From positions 1,376,001 through 1,440,000 of the forward strand of contig CAWDYW010000001.1 of assembly GCA_963806855.1 (NCBI GenBank): DNA of 64,000 nt. The letters run 5' to 3'. Under the pieces are notes generated by a model. It saw only the letters and a list, made by a program, of their open reading frames with translations. It was not told the origin of the DNA and did no database searches. This DNA comes from an uncultured Verrucomicrobiae bacterium (lineage in GTDB: Bacteria; Chlamydiota; Chlamydiia; Chlamydiales; Rhabdochlamydiaceae). Positions 51,801 to 59,362 of the stretch are shown here, piece after piece (the stretch's first letter is position 1; each line of letters begins with the position of its first letter). Position numbers and translations under genes: made by a program.

Positions 51801-53194
51801 TTTGCTTGAGCAGGCTGCTCCTTTTCTGCCTTAAAGAAAACTTCCAGCCAGTCCCCAATGCTCATGTGGTGATAGGGAGACGGAATCTGCTTGGCCATTC
51901 TGGTTTGAACTACTGCATCGCATACCTTCTGAATCTGCTCAGAACTTGGCGCATGATCGAAGTTCGTCAACATCTTTTGAACTGCCTCTTTTGCCTCTGG
52001 AGAGAGCTTTCGAAGAAGACTATCATCCATACTGCCCGCTTTGGATTGCTTGAGGACATTCCATTTGTCGCTTAAGATTGCCCCCAGACGGGACCCATCC
52101 TTCTCATATTCACTCTTAAGGCTAGGATCGATCTTAGAAAATACCTCCTTTTGCATCTGCTCAGCCTGAGCCTTCAGCGCTGCCGTCTCATGGCCGAGTA
52201 AGACCGACCCGGCACCCTGCAGCATCGTCAGCACCTGAAGACCTAAAAATAGCCAGGCAGCCCAAGTTCCCTTTTGCTCACCATCTTCGCCCGTGAGCTT
52301 CTTGTACTTCTTCTGATCGATCCTACCCTGGAAAAAGGCCTTGCGACGCTCCTTATCTTGAGAGACTGCACCAGTGGGAAACTCCCCTAACTCCTCAAGG
52401 GCCCCCTCAATTTCCTTCGCCTGCCATCGCAATTCCTCTGCAACTCCTTTCAGCGGTCCGTCCAACCGATCGGCCACCCAATAGAGCTTTTTCACCTGCG
52501 TCTTCATCCGCCCGATCAGACGCAAATGAGTCCGCAAATCCTGATCCTGTGAATCCGCATATTCCTTTTTCGCCCGCTGTATCTCCGGCCGAATCGCCTT
52601 AATTAAGTCCCGTCCCTGATCCTCGATGCCCCACTGAATGTGTTTCAGATCCCTAAGCGCCCAATTCCGATCGAAATTCCCCTCAATCGCCATCGCTTTC
52701 GATAGAGTCGGCAGCGTAGAGGCCATCGCGATCAAGTGATCTAAATAGATCTCCCCACTTCCAGCCTTTAGCTTTAGCGCCTGTTCCGCCAAATCCTCCA
52801 TCCCGCTATAGGCCTGCTCAATTGCCTTCGACGCCATCTGGATGAACTTCAGCTGATTGCCAAACTCTGCGACCCGACCCTTTAGCGAGAGATCTCCCGT
52901 AGGCTGCTGAGCAAGCCACTTCTGCACCCGCTTTAGCGCCTTTTCCTGAGCCCACAGGGGAGCCTTGGTGGCCGATTGGATGATCTTCTCAATCTCCTCA
53001 ATCTGCTCCACCCCAAATGGGGCATTCCCGCTTAGCTTCCGCTCAACGGTTGCGACCAGCCGCTGTCCCAGGTCCTCAATGACCTCGGCCGCGACCGCCA
53101 ACCCCTTTTCAGTAGGAATGGCATAAGAGTTATCGAACGTAATACGCTCAATTTCTGGCATTTGCGAATTATTCGCTTGTATAATATTAGACAT
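42815..53194 (-). CDS. Giant 3459-aa protein with cysteine-protease-like region and DUF3638-like SF2/P-loop region
   Basis: GGW..GHAVIY..FRIYN.G.G..YH..GICT in the N-terminal quarter. EMIMGSGKT, DELD, GFSGT, TGSDIP, QTVWRLR and an alternating KTKTE..QVQ tract toward the C-terminus. Confidence 0.75.
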   Translation of the reverse strand: MSNIIQANNSQMPEIERITFDNSYAIPTEKGLAVAAEVIEDLGQRLVATVERKLSGNAPFGVEQIEEIEKIIQSATKAPLWAQEKALKRVQKWLAQQPTGDLSLKGRVAEFGNQLKFIQMASKAIEQAYSGMEDLAEQALKLKAGSGEIYLDHLIAMASTLPTLSKAMAIEGNFDRNWALRDLKHIQWGIEDQGRDLIKAIRPEIQRAKKEYADSQDQDLRTHLRLIGRMKTQVKKLYWVADRLDGPLKGVAEELRWQAKEIEGALEELGEFPTGAVSQDKERRKAFFQGRIDQKKYKKLTGEDGEQKGTWAAWLFLGLQVLTMLQGAGSVLLGHETAALKAQAEQMQKEVFSKIDPSLKSEYEKDGSRLGAILSDKWNVLKQSKAGSMDDSLLRKLSPEAKEAVQKMLTNFDHAPSSEQIQKVCDAVVQTRMAKQIPSPYHHMSIGDWLEVFFKAEKEQPAQANAVSRTALDVFQENNLVHYLDAQGPPVDSGLVLHLAGREFGKASGLESYQSVAMLSYVKDQLRLRNDPRLQVAADKIEQGITRTEDFEKLDNNQFSKRLNFELSQLAVGDNLIWSGGWTSPGMMGGHAVIYEIVKMGDDDFTFRIYNMGDGVQYHPSTNMGDKMQVLGMHEIVEVRRANLIRPVVIQGLQEMKNEPKDGVKWDPSEMYYNLFGRMEGKISKRLIPAEHLLPSIFVGICTYSSLSAWLHHQLGSDQLHDRVMVELEAKATWDYWQANRETLDNTNRELLVRAAKQTIQDAIRVAQPERNSLNDRELELISSRMEEIIQGAKRNREIDVSPYLVKIDSKISDLVFTGAKVDFAASSTGRGIEPAPPYQGLEISPFEGAKSVKEAVKKIHQGNIANNWQQVRAATHSFVQSMPLDQILATEKMGSPFAKSISPAEAVSFVDDLVQLASEFQWSLQWVLHKDPSRMFRLPIKDAMVPIKLLTIADSIARQFEGSTGIALPNMLQQQMAVVLYGITAYSRVDNPALEDDMAKLRAYWDKVDPSGKERGKEITQPLADWEKFASLFGFEWAPTGLYYYNSDVKIHISEDVELAERKVKYVPQAFGKWQEWPLIAWTVQYLRDHPEKLKELHSQLPLLQKASPTAVALAALMDQLRAEEDRRFPDPNNPLSKMEMNHSGRVQGVLPEIFFHLWDLSFITNYLFTGGWNSADHWSYLQQKQSYNLDKDADFMLRQRPIRSVDRYVEQTDEGPHYFWELHFEQYGHPAGDRAQRHRSIWRSTGPDVVLPGPILTGAYGEHDESLSNVYGKIERVERDWGGSLYRYRQPPKDRALLEHKDAESRYDQSWIHSHWWPQFQRVHTLKESREMAQRLLGLSSKEQLQIEETLAFFTTNFPLLEKSEYIKMLHYMLFEQGFLLEEIQSRNPKELAALTKSIENLAIHGHQYFGELMGKYEIAASFLDIAAKARRYLSHAGQNQDLIEDPIPKLRKSLQDSGLTDRERTYLQYILAKSSQDPLDIVTLGIQQNLYPFEFTPFDDEIRRDLPIEHRVAIRALFMGPDRNRHLNTILQNVLPHHKAQEWKVHGDFPLFQTTDGRITLNVLKGSYYEVGLTPRALPEEIRERLKQYQLTSNPEAIKAVQTPDGGFLFTTPEGVRMVAKNDEAFYQREIDGKFYQLQLNPLEVCYGIRALESGNLVWSNNEETRILEIGTGKEKFQIRNEKITRHDGLVLAKVAQSFNFLTKFEDPSWILAWTDPNNGKLAAIEFPRFNLSFTVDGEGKIRCDQLSGYFLHPIQRHSYLEKIENYLVLDRLDRNQNTQQVIAMPLQHFAESRSHAFDPEAVLLRDIRAPKQRYALYDVDPMDRTLIPRPIEGRFHLAMVHLWHHNYELAAELIRGYGGQHSPYTAEELKLLDKMIELNKFNHDHSPQGNAVRMIAFAARIRHHLDFGKEAKMPSENRDYSKYRHQLEFTPELALTKEEEHLIQEQLGISRSGESKNVQMQIPDGYIEKSQGRREQNWKLFFDALSGNDAREGLLRAGLNGKNFYDIYEAILRSDYQAAYRRLTGTFLSAELDAEQAYEELLTALQVVRSGRVSDATKVLAKVLIIALMEGPVQLPSRAEIIETVRKTDGGWSHQERSENEMDRSHFYHKYFSKDSPYKPQFSTVSGTTKARAPIVRREPPAQIDAREAYQHSVKLHSVPKLQGPVIADLDDYITPIPTGKISTAALQKIFQVKPVEDVVQKLQDYESQTSALPTYRLKDREGLRRCRLEIEQEHFVMTGRESTALKNILEAANRLPQDPTLKAAHQAALASGNLTPVTLLDLARALTQRQPARIQKLNPGLSAQEIDRLLQATMDLLIHATERQRKQAVIEALKDLEEANGTSPQEISNLIGQIKAASDAVRQFDPAEHPEYLVFEYYMGILLQERQVAGLDELMHRVRRGEKIHSKEVSNVLEMIMGSGKTAVLIPLIAYLEANGEQLSLIVMPEGLMPDKIQELEERFGKSFGRSIDVLTFDRDTNFEIGALKRLLTRLDEARESGKLVMVSSSSLQSLLLRFIEDVLNKNSSRQIDLFRQVLAKLRNHGSITFDELDSIADVLKLQIFSLAGPNGERIPANEELKTTTAELIKFMVTDPQLAPICTKPFTAETHHKIVKPRLLEAILTGKICPEISKLDQSLIRNYLLNKEDPEAFAYVAGLESLSLKNQLAVCKQQLNKMIPETFSKRVDEHYGLVEDHQVDEETKLISKPLEKGSWEIGSEHGTAEEGINYSLQIYLAKGLPKEFVRKEFHELRDQLLSDLAEGAIKSAEESPIFAQLMRMTGGKRYPLNRIGDKEIDEILAHINQNDPGLIIDLAMKYAIHPQLKIFPLQLQADALVLFQMAMTTRGFSGTIWNWQTFDAMFKAIQLSDTEAKTLHLLHTNSPQDVTIVSAKDLDGKLDQLFQGKSSIAIADVGNMFADDNGEEVARKILEKGPWKGVPYYDEKDNLLVALPGRPSEPLLGAGVAKEDRAPYWKQELCTGSDIPLGITASAVVTFGRYTMMRDLLQTVWRLRKLDRGQTVRFAVEEGDRAVIVETLENLTKQKIEKLELRHLLLYAAYSQALRIADDNHRSFGQQLRAQLIGQVFNVIVQPEVTSDQIIEILQATKGLFLREIDPNPYNLYGTCESLEQAKKVVEAELQEVLSSEPMIALAEHPVLAQYCDVQAIEKELRETADRMLPRMASHLYQPIDTGVRLKVKTKTRAKTKTEANTETKTKTKTQVQLRTAVHEKRPELPVDVLPWTKETLFTPDLLKPASASLVREANINNLPARQVAVADALSHYHPIASIFDPRLLTSLNRMPIYTPKDLAKQVRFVPYDEYEDPVTNHILLIEDKGEIRVMLLDQDDASQIKTLMKDRIPDAPNLGLLNLGTNKIWRHSGQPIELAHFHGLTAQAKLVNGILDYTEEERAALLEFLQGKDVKAIRQWFTQIVLGNRQRSQERFPNSDLAKVFNQAIERQQ

Positions 53195-53248
53195 AATTAA
53201 CTGTATAGTTAATTATACACTATTAATTAATTCTTTACAAATAATTAA

Positions 53249-53689
53249 CTATTTAAAAACGGAGAACTTTTTGGTTAATGGGGAGACCTCTTCGATCGTC
53301 CCAAATAGCCCCACCCCATAGGGCTCGACCTGGTCGAGAGGGGTAATGGCCGTTTTTTGGATGAGATCTTCTTCGATCCCATTAAAAGACATCGTGCTGG
53401 TAAAAAGGGCCGAAAGGAGCCCCTTTTCCTTTGCTGCTGCATAGAGAGTGAGGATCTGATTGCCATTGCCCTTGAGAACAACAAACGAAAGGGTCGACAA
53501 CGTGATCAGGCTCGAGGACGCTGGCCCATCGAATGAGACAAAATGCATCTGGGCACGCTGCTCGGGGGTGGCGTTAGCCTGTAATGACATCGCAATCTGT
53601 CCCGTGGCGCTTAGGAGTTTGCCCAGCGGGGATTTCTCATTGACGACGATAACAAATTTATGAGTAGCTGCGGTATTAACACTTGCCAT
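53249..53689 (-). CDS. DUF2000-like protein (Pth2-like fold)
   Basis: KFVIVVN....GK...A, FVVLK, F.STM, GVGLFG..E...LTKKFS. Confidence 0.6.
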   Translation of the reverse strand: MASVNTAATHKFVIVVNEKSPLGKLLSATGQIAMSLQANATPEQRAQMHFVSFDGPASSSLITLSTLSFVVLKGNGNQILTLYAAAKEKGLLSALFTSTMSFNGIEEDLIQKTAITPLDQVEPYGVGLFGTIEEVSPLTKKFSVFK

Positions 53690-53691
53690 AT

Positions 53692-54309
53692 TTACCTTTC
53701 AAGATAGTAGGGAGCAATAAATGCTACAGCACTCATCAGTGCATAGCATGCTGCCATTTTTTTATATTCCTGGCGCCAAGAATAGGCGGCTGCAAGGAGA
53801 GCCCCGACACCGAGTGTTGTCGTAGCGGTTTTGGAAATACTAAATGATGGAAGCCGATCTTGATAACCATCGCAAATTTTGTCGAGCAGCCTCCCTTCGA
53901 AGTTAAGTCCGACATACAACTTATTCTCAGGATTCGGCGTATCATATGCAATCCTAACTAAATCACGAGTATTCCAACTGAGACAAAGCCCTTCTACGTT
54001 GGTATTTAACTTGCCATGGGAGATATAATTAATTGTATCGGCAATACTTATACTTGTAGCTGGAATCCCATCGAAGTGGTTGCTTAGCACAACAGGACAT
54101 TGGGTGTTTTTAGATGCGACAGTAACGACAAACTTGGATGGGTTGAAATTGCTGTTTAGCTGCTCTGTTTGATTGATAAACTTTAAAAAGAGATTTTTTA
54201 TTTCAGGAAAATCGCACACCTCGCAAAGAGGCGCAATTTTTCTTAGGATGAATTCAGGTATTCCATCCCAAATATTTATGTTGTTTTCTCTGATAGATTG
54301 TAGGGGCAT
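53692..54309 (-). CDS. Orphan with C-terminal TM hairpin (Cys-motif family, divergent)
   Basis: F..RLL..IC followed by two C-terminal hydrophobic helices. Confidence 0.55.
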   Translation of the reverse strand: MPLQSIRENNINIWDGIPEFILRKIAPLCEVCDFPEIKNLFLKFINQTEQLNSNFNPSKFVVTVASKNTQCPVVLSNHFDGIPATSISIADTINYISHGKLNTNVEGLCLSWNTRDLVRIAYDTPNPENKLYVGLNFEGRLLDKICDGYQDRLPSFSISKTATTTLGVGALLAAAYSWRQEYKKMAACYALMSAVAFIAPYYLER

Positions 54310-54462
54310 TTTTCATTCCTTCGCGGTGTTCGATGGAAGAAGTATAGGATGTTTAGAATTTTAGCTCAAGAATTTCCATAGGACATAAATGAACGTCTAG
54401 TCTATTATTACCTTCACTGAAATTTCAAAGAGTATTTTGAGGATATTTCCTTAGAGGAACCG

Positions 54463-57400
54463 ATGTCGACACCAGTAAATTCACACACTTCCACCCGCCT
54501 AGTTTCTCCTTTATCAGCTCCTGAGATGGTACAACAGAATCCATCTCACACGGCTGTCGAATTGGGCCAATATTGGGCCGATTTGACAATGAAGGAGGGA
54601 GCCCCTCTTAAGAGTTTTTCTTTAAATGGATGCACCGAAGAAGAATTTCTAGCGGCTTATGAGGCGGGGAAAGCCTATCTTCCTCCAGGAGATGATGCAC
54701 TACTCGTCTACTTCTTTAATGCCGCGCCTCTGTTTCTAGGACATTTTGGCAAATATCCGCCTGGGGAGAGGGCACTAAAAACGGAAAACACTCTCTGTCA
54801 ATATCTCCTCACTCATGAAATGACCAAAAGTCGCTGTGTTTTGCAAGTGCTAGGCTCTCTAAATGCTAAGGCGGGAGGGAATTGTCGTCTAATCTCTGAT
54901 CATCAATTACAAGTTCCTTGTGGAGATAATCTTTATTTGCAGATTCCTCTTGAATACGAGAAATGCCTGGATTTTATCCTTTCGCAATTAAATCAACGAG
55001 ATCATGAAATGTTCCAGGTTCTCACCAATGGACTGAATCTCTTCACTCCAGATGATGCTGAACCTTCTCCTGGCGCCTCTTCCGTCTGCACAACTCTCAT
55101 GGAGATTTATCGAGCCTTGAATCGGAAAAAGGATTATTGGGCCTCTCTCCGACTTCTCTCGCTTTTGGCCAATGCTGGATATAATCCTATCGACTCTAAA
55201 ACGGTTTTTGATCTCCCTGATCAGCTGAGCTTTGTCGAAAAAATTAAACAATTTGACAAGCTTCTGCCCCGTCTAAGATCAGCTTATAAAAATAGCCGAT
55301 TTGCCAATGTGATTGAAGCAGCTTGCAACAGACCCTCTGCAACTCGGCAAGCAGCTGTAGAGGCTTTGCGGGTTTGCAACGATGCTGAGGTATTAGCATT
55401 TGCCTGGCAGCTCGAGGATGAAAAACGGGTCGATTTTTTGCATGAAATAGCCCCCACCATGCCCGAGGAAGCCCTGCCATTTGCCCTCAATCATCTCATC
55501 AAACTCTGTAAGACAGCAAATTGTCCTATATTAGTTGCCGCCTATCTTGAGAGGTTGCTAAGATCTCCCTCTGCCTTGAATGCCAATTATGAGCCAGTTC
55601 TTGTGAGTTTATTATCAACTTACCTACGACCTCTGCTAAGTATGGAAACGGCGGGTCAGTTGATGGATCAATTGGGTGAAAGTTGTGCTTTTGTCAGTGA
55701 CACGAAAATTATTAGCGATCTTGCAGGGCTCCTTGTACGTGAAGGGGCTGATAGCGCTCTTTGGTCTAAGTTTCAATCTCTTCTCACAACTCTGGTTAGA
55801 GATGGAAAGTTTGTGGAAGAGGTGATTGTGGTCTTCGAAACGGTTGCTAGGACAGCGGCAGCGGCAGGTTGCTTTGAAGTGGCGATTCCCCAACTGGGGA
55901 AAAGAAAACTGGATCAAAAACAGCGGATCGCCAGAGCCTATATAGCAGCCATTCAATTGCAATCTGATCCCATAATAAAAGATCGGATGATCGCTACCCT
56001 CCCAGAGGGTTGGTTAAGCGGGCAATTGCGCAACGAGGAGACCTGGGAAGCCTTTGCCGATCTTCTGCTATACTCCTGTAGTAGAAAGGATTTTAAGGAT
56101 CCAAAAGTGGTCCATGCAGCCGTCCAAGATGCCCTTTGGCTAGTTCCCCATCTGCTCAGCCGCGACCAATCTCCCCATTTTGCCAATTTTGAAGCACTGA
56201 TACAGCGTTTTCACAGTCGCAATCTTGGAGAGGAATGGAAGCCCCATCTAGCAGGTCTGCTCGGGCGCAATCCTGGAAATAGCCAGCTGCTGACCAAACT
56301 CATTGAAATTGCTAGCAAAGTCGAAAAGAGGGTTTTACAAGAATGCCAAACCCTCCAGAAGGATGGTCAAACGGAGGTTGTGCGCAGATGTATGACAGCT
56401 TACAGAGCGACTGGCACCTTCGCAATGCCTAAGCCGGGTGATGCTTCTCTCACTGAGCAGTTCCAAAATGCCCTTAGCTCCAAAAAATTGACCTTAGCTC
56501 TATCGCTACTGCAAAAAATGGAAGGACCACAGTGGGAATTATGGAGACAATTTATCGGATGCCTGCCCGAAAAACCCGATCAGGTTCTCGCTGAGCAGGC
56601 CTTTTCAGTTTGGCAAGCGAAGCACCCGATTGGTGACCACAAGCCAGAAGACGAGCCCTACTGGAAAGAAGCTATACAAAGGCTCGTGACCAATGTAAGT
56701 TCCGCTTCGCCTGTTTTGGCTGATTTTATCATAACGCGGATGGAAAAGTATGCAGCCGTTTTGGGTAAAGAGAATTCTGAAATTTTGGTGAGGAGTTGTC
56801 GAGAGCTCGGAGTCGCGGCCTGCTGGAATAGACAAACTACGCAACCCGCTGCGATTTTACGAGGGCTTTTACGTTTTAGGGATCATGCCGACGACCGTTT
56901 CTTTCTGATGCTCGCAAATCAAGAAGAACAGGACCTCTATGAGATTGGCAACCGGTGGGTTTTAGAAAGAATTGCAGAGCCCCTTGTAGATGTGGGTTTA
57001 TTTAAGAGGTACTCTCTCAGACCCTATTTCCCAAAAGGAAGTGTAGAAGATCAGACTAAATTTCTGACATGGATTAAAAATAATTTGACATCTTTTCCTG
57101 CTCAGATCTCTTGGACAGAAAAATATCGGATTTTCTCTGTCCTGTGCAGTGCCTGCCTTGAAAATCATAATGAGGATCAAAAAATCCCCCTTTTTACAGG
57201 TGTCGGATCCCTTTGGGATAATCTTCTTGCAACTCTTCCCCAAGCTTACCGTGACAATGCAAAATGCGCTGAATATTTTCATTCAGCCACCATAGCCTAT
57301 GTCGATGCTGCAATGAAAAATCTGCCTAACAAAATTCTCAGGCATAATATATTGATTGCCATAAACCAAGGCTTTCTTGGACGAGCAGCTCCATTTTTTT

Positions 57401-58470
57401 CACAGGAAACCGCCTTTAAATTCAGGTTCTATCAATGCTTCAACATGTTATCCCTAATACCATTTGACTTTCCAGATGAAGGTAATCGCGTGAATATTAC
57501 CTTAGCAGATCTCAACGACTGCTTTATCCATTTCATTCGATATTCAAATCCGGAATTATCAAACTATGTGGTAAAACTCCTATTTTACTTTTGCCCTCTA
57601 TTAAATCATCCGAATCCTGACATCACTGTTACCCTAAGGATCATTTTAGAGAATTTGCTCTCATCACCTCTCATCACCAAAGCAAAAGCTCCCGCGACAT
57701 CTATATGGGTCACTGTCCTGCAAAATCTCTGCTTGGCCATTTTAAATCTTCAGCCTGAGAGACGCGCTGACGCAGTAAAAATGGTAGCTCAGCTCTTTAG
57801 GTACTGCACAGCTCCTAAGCTCGATAAACAGATTGTCGATCCTTCCGTCAATATGCTTGGAACTCTCTTCTTTTCAAACCCCCATATAGACCTGCTTCCC
57901 GATGAAGACTGGAAAGTGTTAATCGAAGGGCAAACCACCCGATCAATCAGAAGGTTAATGACTATTCTAAGGACCGAAATCGAAGAGATGGCGCTCGAGA
58001 AGACCTTTTCAAGCAGCCTGGCTCTTGCGCGATTGATCTGCCATGCCAATCCTGGCGATAAACTATTGCTCCGCGACTTAGTAGAACATTGTGCATTGGG
58101 AACTGGAACACATTTTAACAATCTAAGCGGAAGATGTGAACCCATACTCAATTTACGACTCCATAGCCAATGGATCCGAGCGATTTCCTCTTTATCCAGA
58201 AAATGCAAGGCAATGAATACCCAGATCGACAGAGCTCTTGTCACTAGCAGAGTCAAAATGACCCAAACTCTGACCGCCTCTGTCTGCCAATTGATTGTGG
58301 ACAAGCCCAGTTATGATCTTTACATCCCCTTTCTAAAAGATGCCCTGACCGGGGATAATGACTTTGAGGTAACTAAACAGGTACACGGCCTCCTGACACA
58401 TAGCCAGGTAGCAGAACTCAATGATTTCAAAGAACGATTGGAATTCGTCCTCAACTCAGTTAAAAAATAA
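54463..58470 (+). CDS. Large alpha-helical hypothetical protein (possible effector)
   Basis: 1335-aa ORF with AGAGGA RBS, Ser/Thr/Pro-rich N-terminus, Leu/Ala-rich helical body. Confidence 0.7.
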   Translation: MSTPVNSHTSTRLVSPLSAPEMVQQNPSHTAVELGQYWADLTMKEGAPLKSFSLNGCTEEEFLAAYEAGKAYLPPGDDALLVYFFNAAPLFLGHFGKYPPGERALKTENTLCQYLLTHEMTKSRCVLQVLGSLNAKAGGNCRLISDHQLQVPCGDNLYLQIPLEYEKCLDFILSQLNQRDHEMFQVLTNGLNLFTPDDAEPSPGASSVCTTLMEIYRALNRKKDYWASLRLLSLLANAGYNPIDSKTVFDLPDQLSFVEKIKQFDKLLPRLRSAYKNSRFANVIEAACNRPSATRQAAVEALRVCNDAEVLAFAWQLEDEKRVDFLHEIAPTMPEEALPFALNHLIKLCKTANCPILVAAYLERLLRSPSALNANYEPVLVSLLSTYLRPLLSMETAGQLMDQLGESCAFVSDTKIISDLAGLLVREGADSALWSKFQSLLTTLVRDGKFVEEVIVVFETVARTAAAAGCFEVAIPQLGKRKLDQKQRIARAYIAAIQLQSDPIIKDRMIATLPEGWLSGQLRNEETWEAFADLLLYSCSRKDFKDPKVVHAAVQDALWLVPHLLSRDQSPHFANFEALIQRFHSRNLGEEWKPHLAGLLGRNPGNSQLLTKLIEIASKVEKRVLQECQTLQKDGQTEVVRRCMTAYRATGTFAMPKPGDASLTEQFQNALSSKKLTLALSLLQKMEGPQWELWRQFIGCLPEKPDQVLAEQAFSVWQAKHPIGDHKPEDEPYWKEAIQRLVTNVSSASPVLADFIITRMEKYAAVLGKENSEILVRSCRELGVAACWNRQTTQPAAILRGLLRFRDHADDRFFLMLANQEEQDLYEIGNRWVLERIAEPLVDVGLFKRYSLRPYFPKGSVEDQTKFLTWIKNNLTSFPAQISWTEKYRIFSVLCSACLENHNEDQKIPLFTGVGSLWDNLLATLPQAYRDNAKCAEYFHSATIAYVDAAMKNLPNKILRHNILIAINQGFLGRAAPFFSQETAFKFRFYQCFNMLSLIPFDFPDEGNRVNITLADLNDCFIHFIRYSNPELSNYVVKLLFYFCPLLNHPNPDITVTLRIILENLLSSPLITKAKAPATSIWVTVLQNLCLAILNLQPERRADAVKMVAQLFRYCTAPKLDKQIVDPSVNMLGTLFFSNPHIDLLPDEDWKVLIEGQTTRSIRRLMTILRTEIEEMALEKTFSSSLALARLICHANPGDKLLLRDLVEHCALGTGTHFNNLSGRCEPILNLRLHSQWIRAISSLSRKCKAMNTQIDRALVTSRVKMTQTLTASVCQLIVDKPSYDLYIPFLKDALTGDNDFEVTKQVHGLLTHSQVAELNDFKERLEFVLNSVKK

Positions 58471-58480
58471 TTAATTATAT

Positions 58481-58647
58481 TAGGGCCTGTCGTCAAATTC
58501 CGAATGGCTGAATTCGAGATTATTTTCTCCCTAGGAGGCGATAACGAATCAGGGGTCATATTGGCCAATATTACCCCTGATTCGTTATCGCCTTCTAGGG
58601 GAAAAGAACTCGAATTCAGCAGATTCGGAATTTGACGACAGGCCCTA
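58481..58647. mobile_element. Palindromic MITE-like element
   Basis: 167-bp hairpin TAGGGCCTGTCGTCAAATTCCGAAT...ATTCGGAATTTGACGACAGGCCCTA. Its end overlaps the stop codon of the 58645-59352 ORF. Confidence 0.8.
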
Positions 58648-59352
58648 GGAAAACTTGGCCAATAGGACAAACGACCCTAAAGCGAATGCCGAAAAAGCCA
58701 CCCCCGCTGCTTTATTGCAGATCCCCTCTTTGCCGAACCGATTAATGGCTATGAACAATGATCCGGCAGCGATAGCTGTGACGATCATTTGCTCTGCTGA
58801 TGAAAGGATTCGAGGGGTATGGGCTGGAGGATCCCAAGTACAGACTTCCGAGAGCAAGGGCAACTTCTCTAACTCTACGACCGGCTTGAAACACCTTACA
58901 ACCTTATCAAAGGAACCATTCACCTCAAGACTCTCACAGACCTCTTTTCCTTCCGTCCAAAATTCATAGACCATTTGGGTCTTTGGAGATACGGCTTGGC
59001 ATGTTGCTGCCTGCTGTACCACACATTCCTTTACTGCGGACTCACCAAGTATACTCAGATAGCCGCAACTTTTACTTATTTGCCCCAAACATTTGTCAAC
59101 CACCGGCTTTAACTTATCGGTCCCATCATCTAGGACCATCTTGATAGCATTTTGAGTCGAATCGTTTCTAAATTGCCCCATATAGCTATATGAATATTTT
59201 GTACCAGACCCATAATGAAATGAACCAAAGCTTGATATAGAAAACTCTTCTTGAGCAATTAACCCGTTCGCCATTGACAATATTTCGTCTATAAAACGGG
59301 CAGGGCAATTTGGTAAATATTGCCTCATTTTGTCAGAAATCTCGGATAGCAT
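58645..59352 (-). CDS. Orphan with Cys motif and C-terminal TM hairpin
   Basis: W.EG..VCESL...V.RC.....LL.EVC plus two TMs. AAGGAG RBS. Confidence 0.6.
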   Translation of the reverse strand: MLSEISDKMRQYLPNCPARFIDEILSMANGLIAQEEFSISSFGSFHYGSGTKYSYSYMGQFRNDSTQNAIKMVLDDGTDKLKPVVDKCLGQISKSCGYLSILGESAVKECVVQQAATCQAVSPKTQMVYEFWTEGKEVCESLEVNGSFDKVVRCFKPVVELEKLPLLSEVCTWDPPAHTPRILSSAEQMIVTAIAAGSLFIAINRFGKEGICNKAAGVAFSAFALGSFVLLAKFS

Positions 59353-59362
59353 CTAATTCTCC

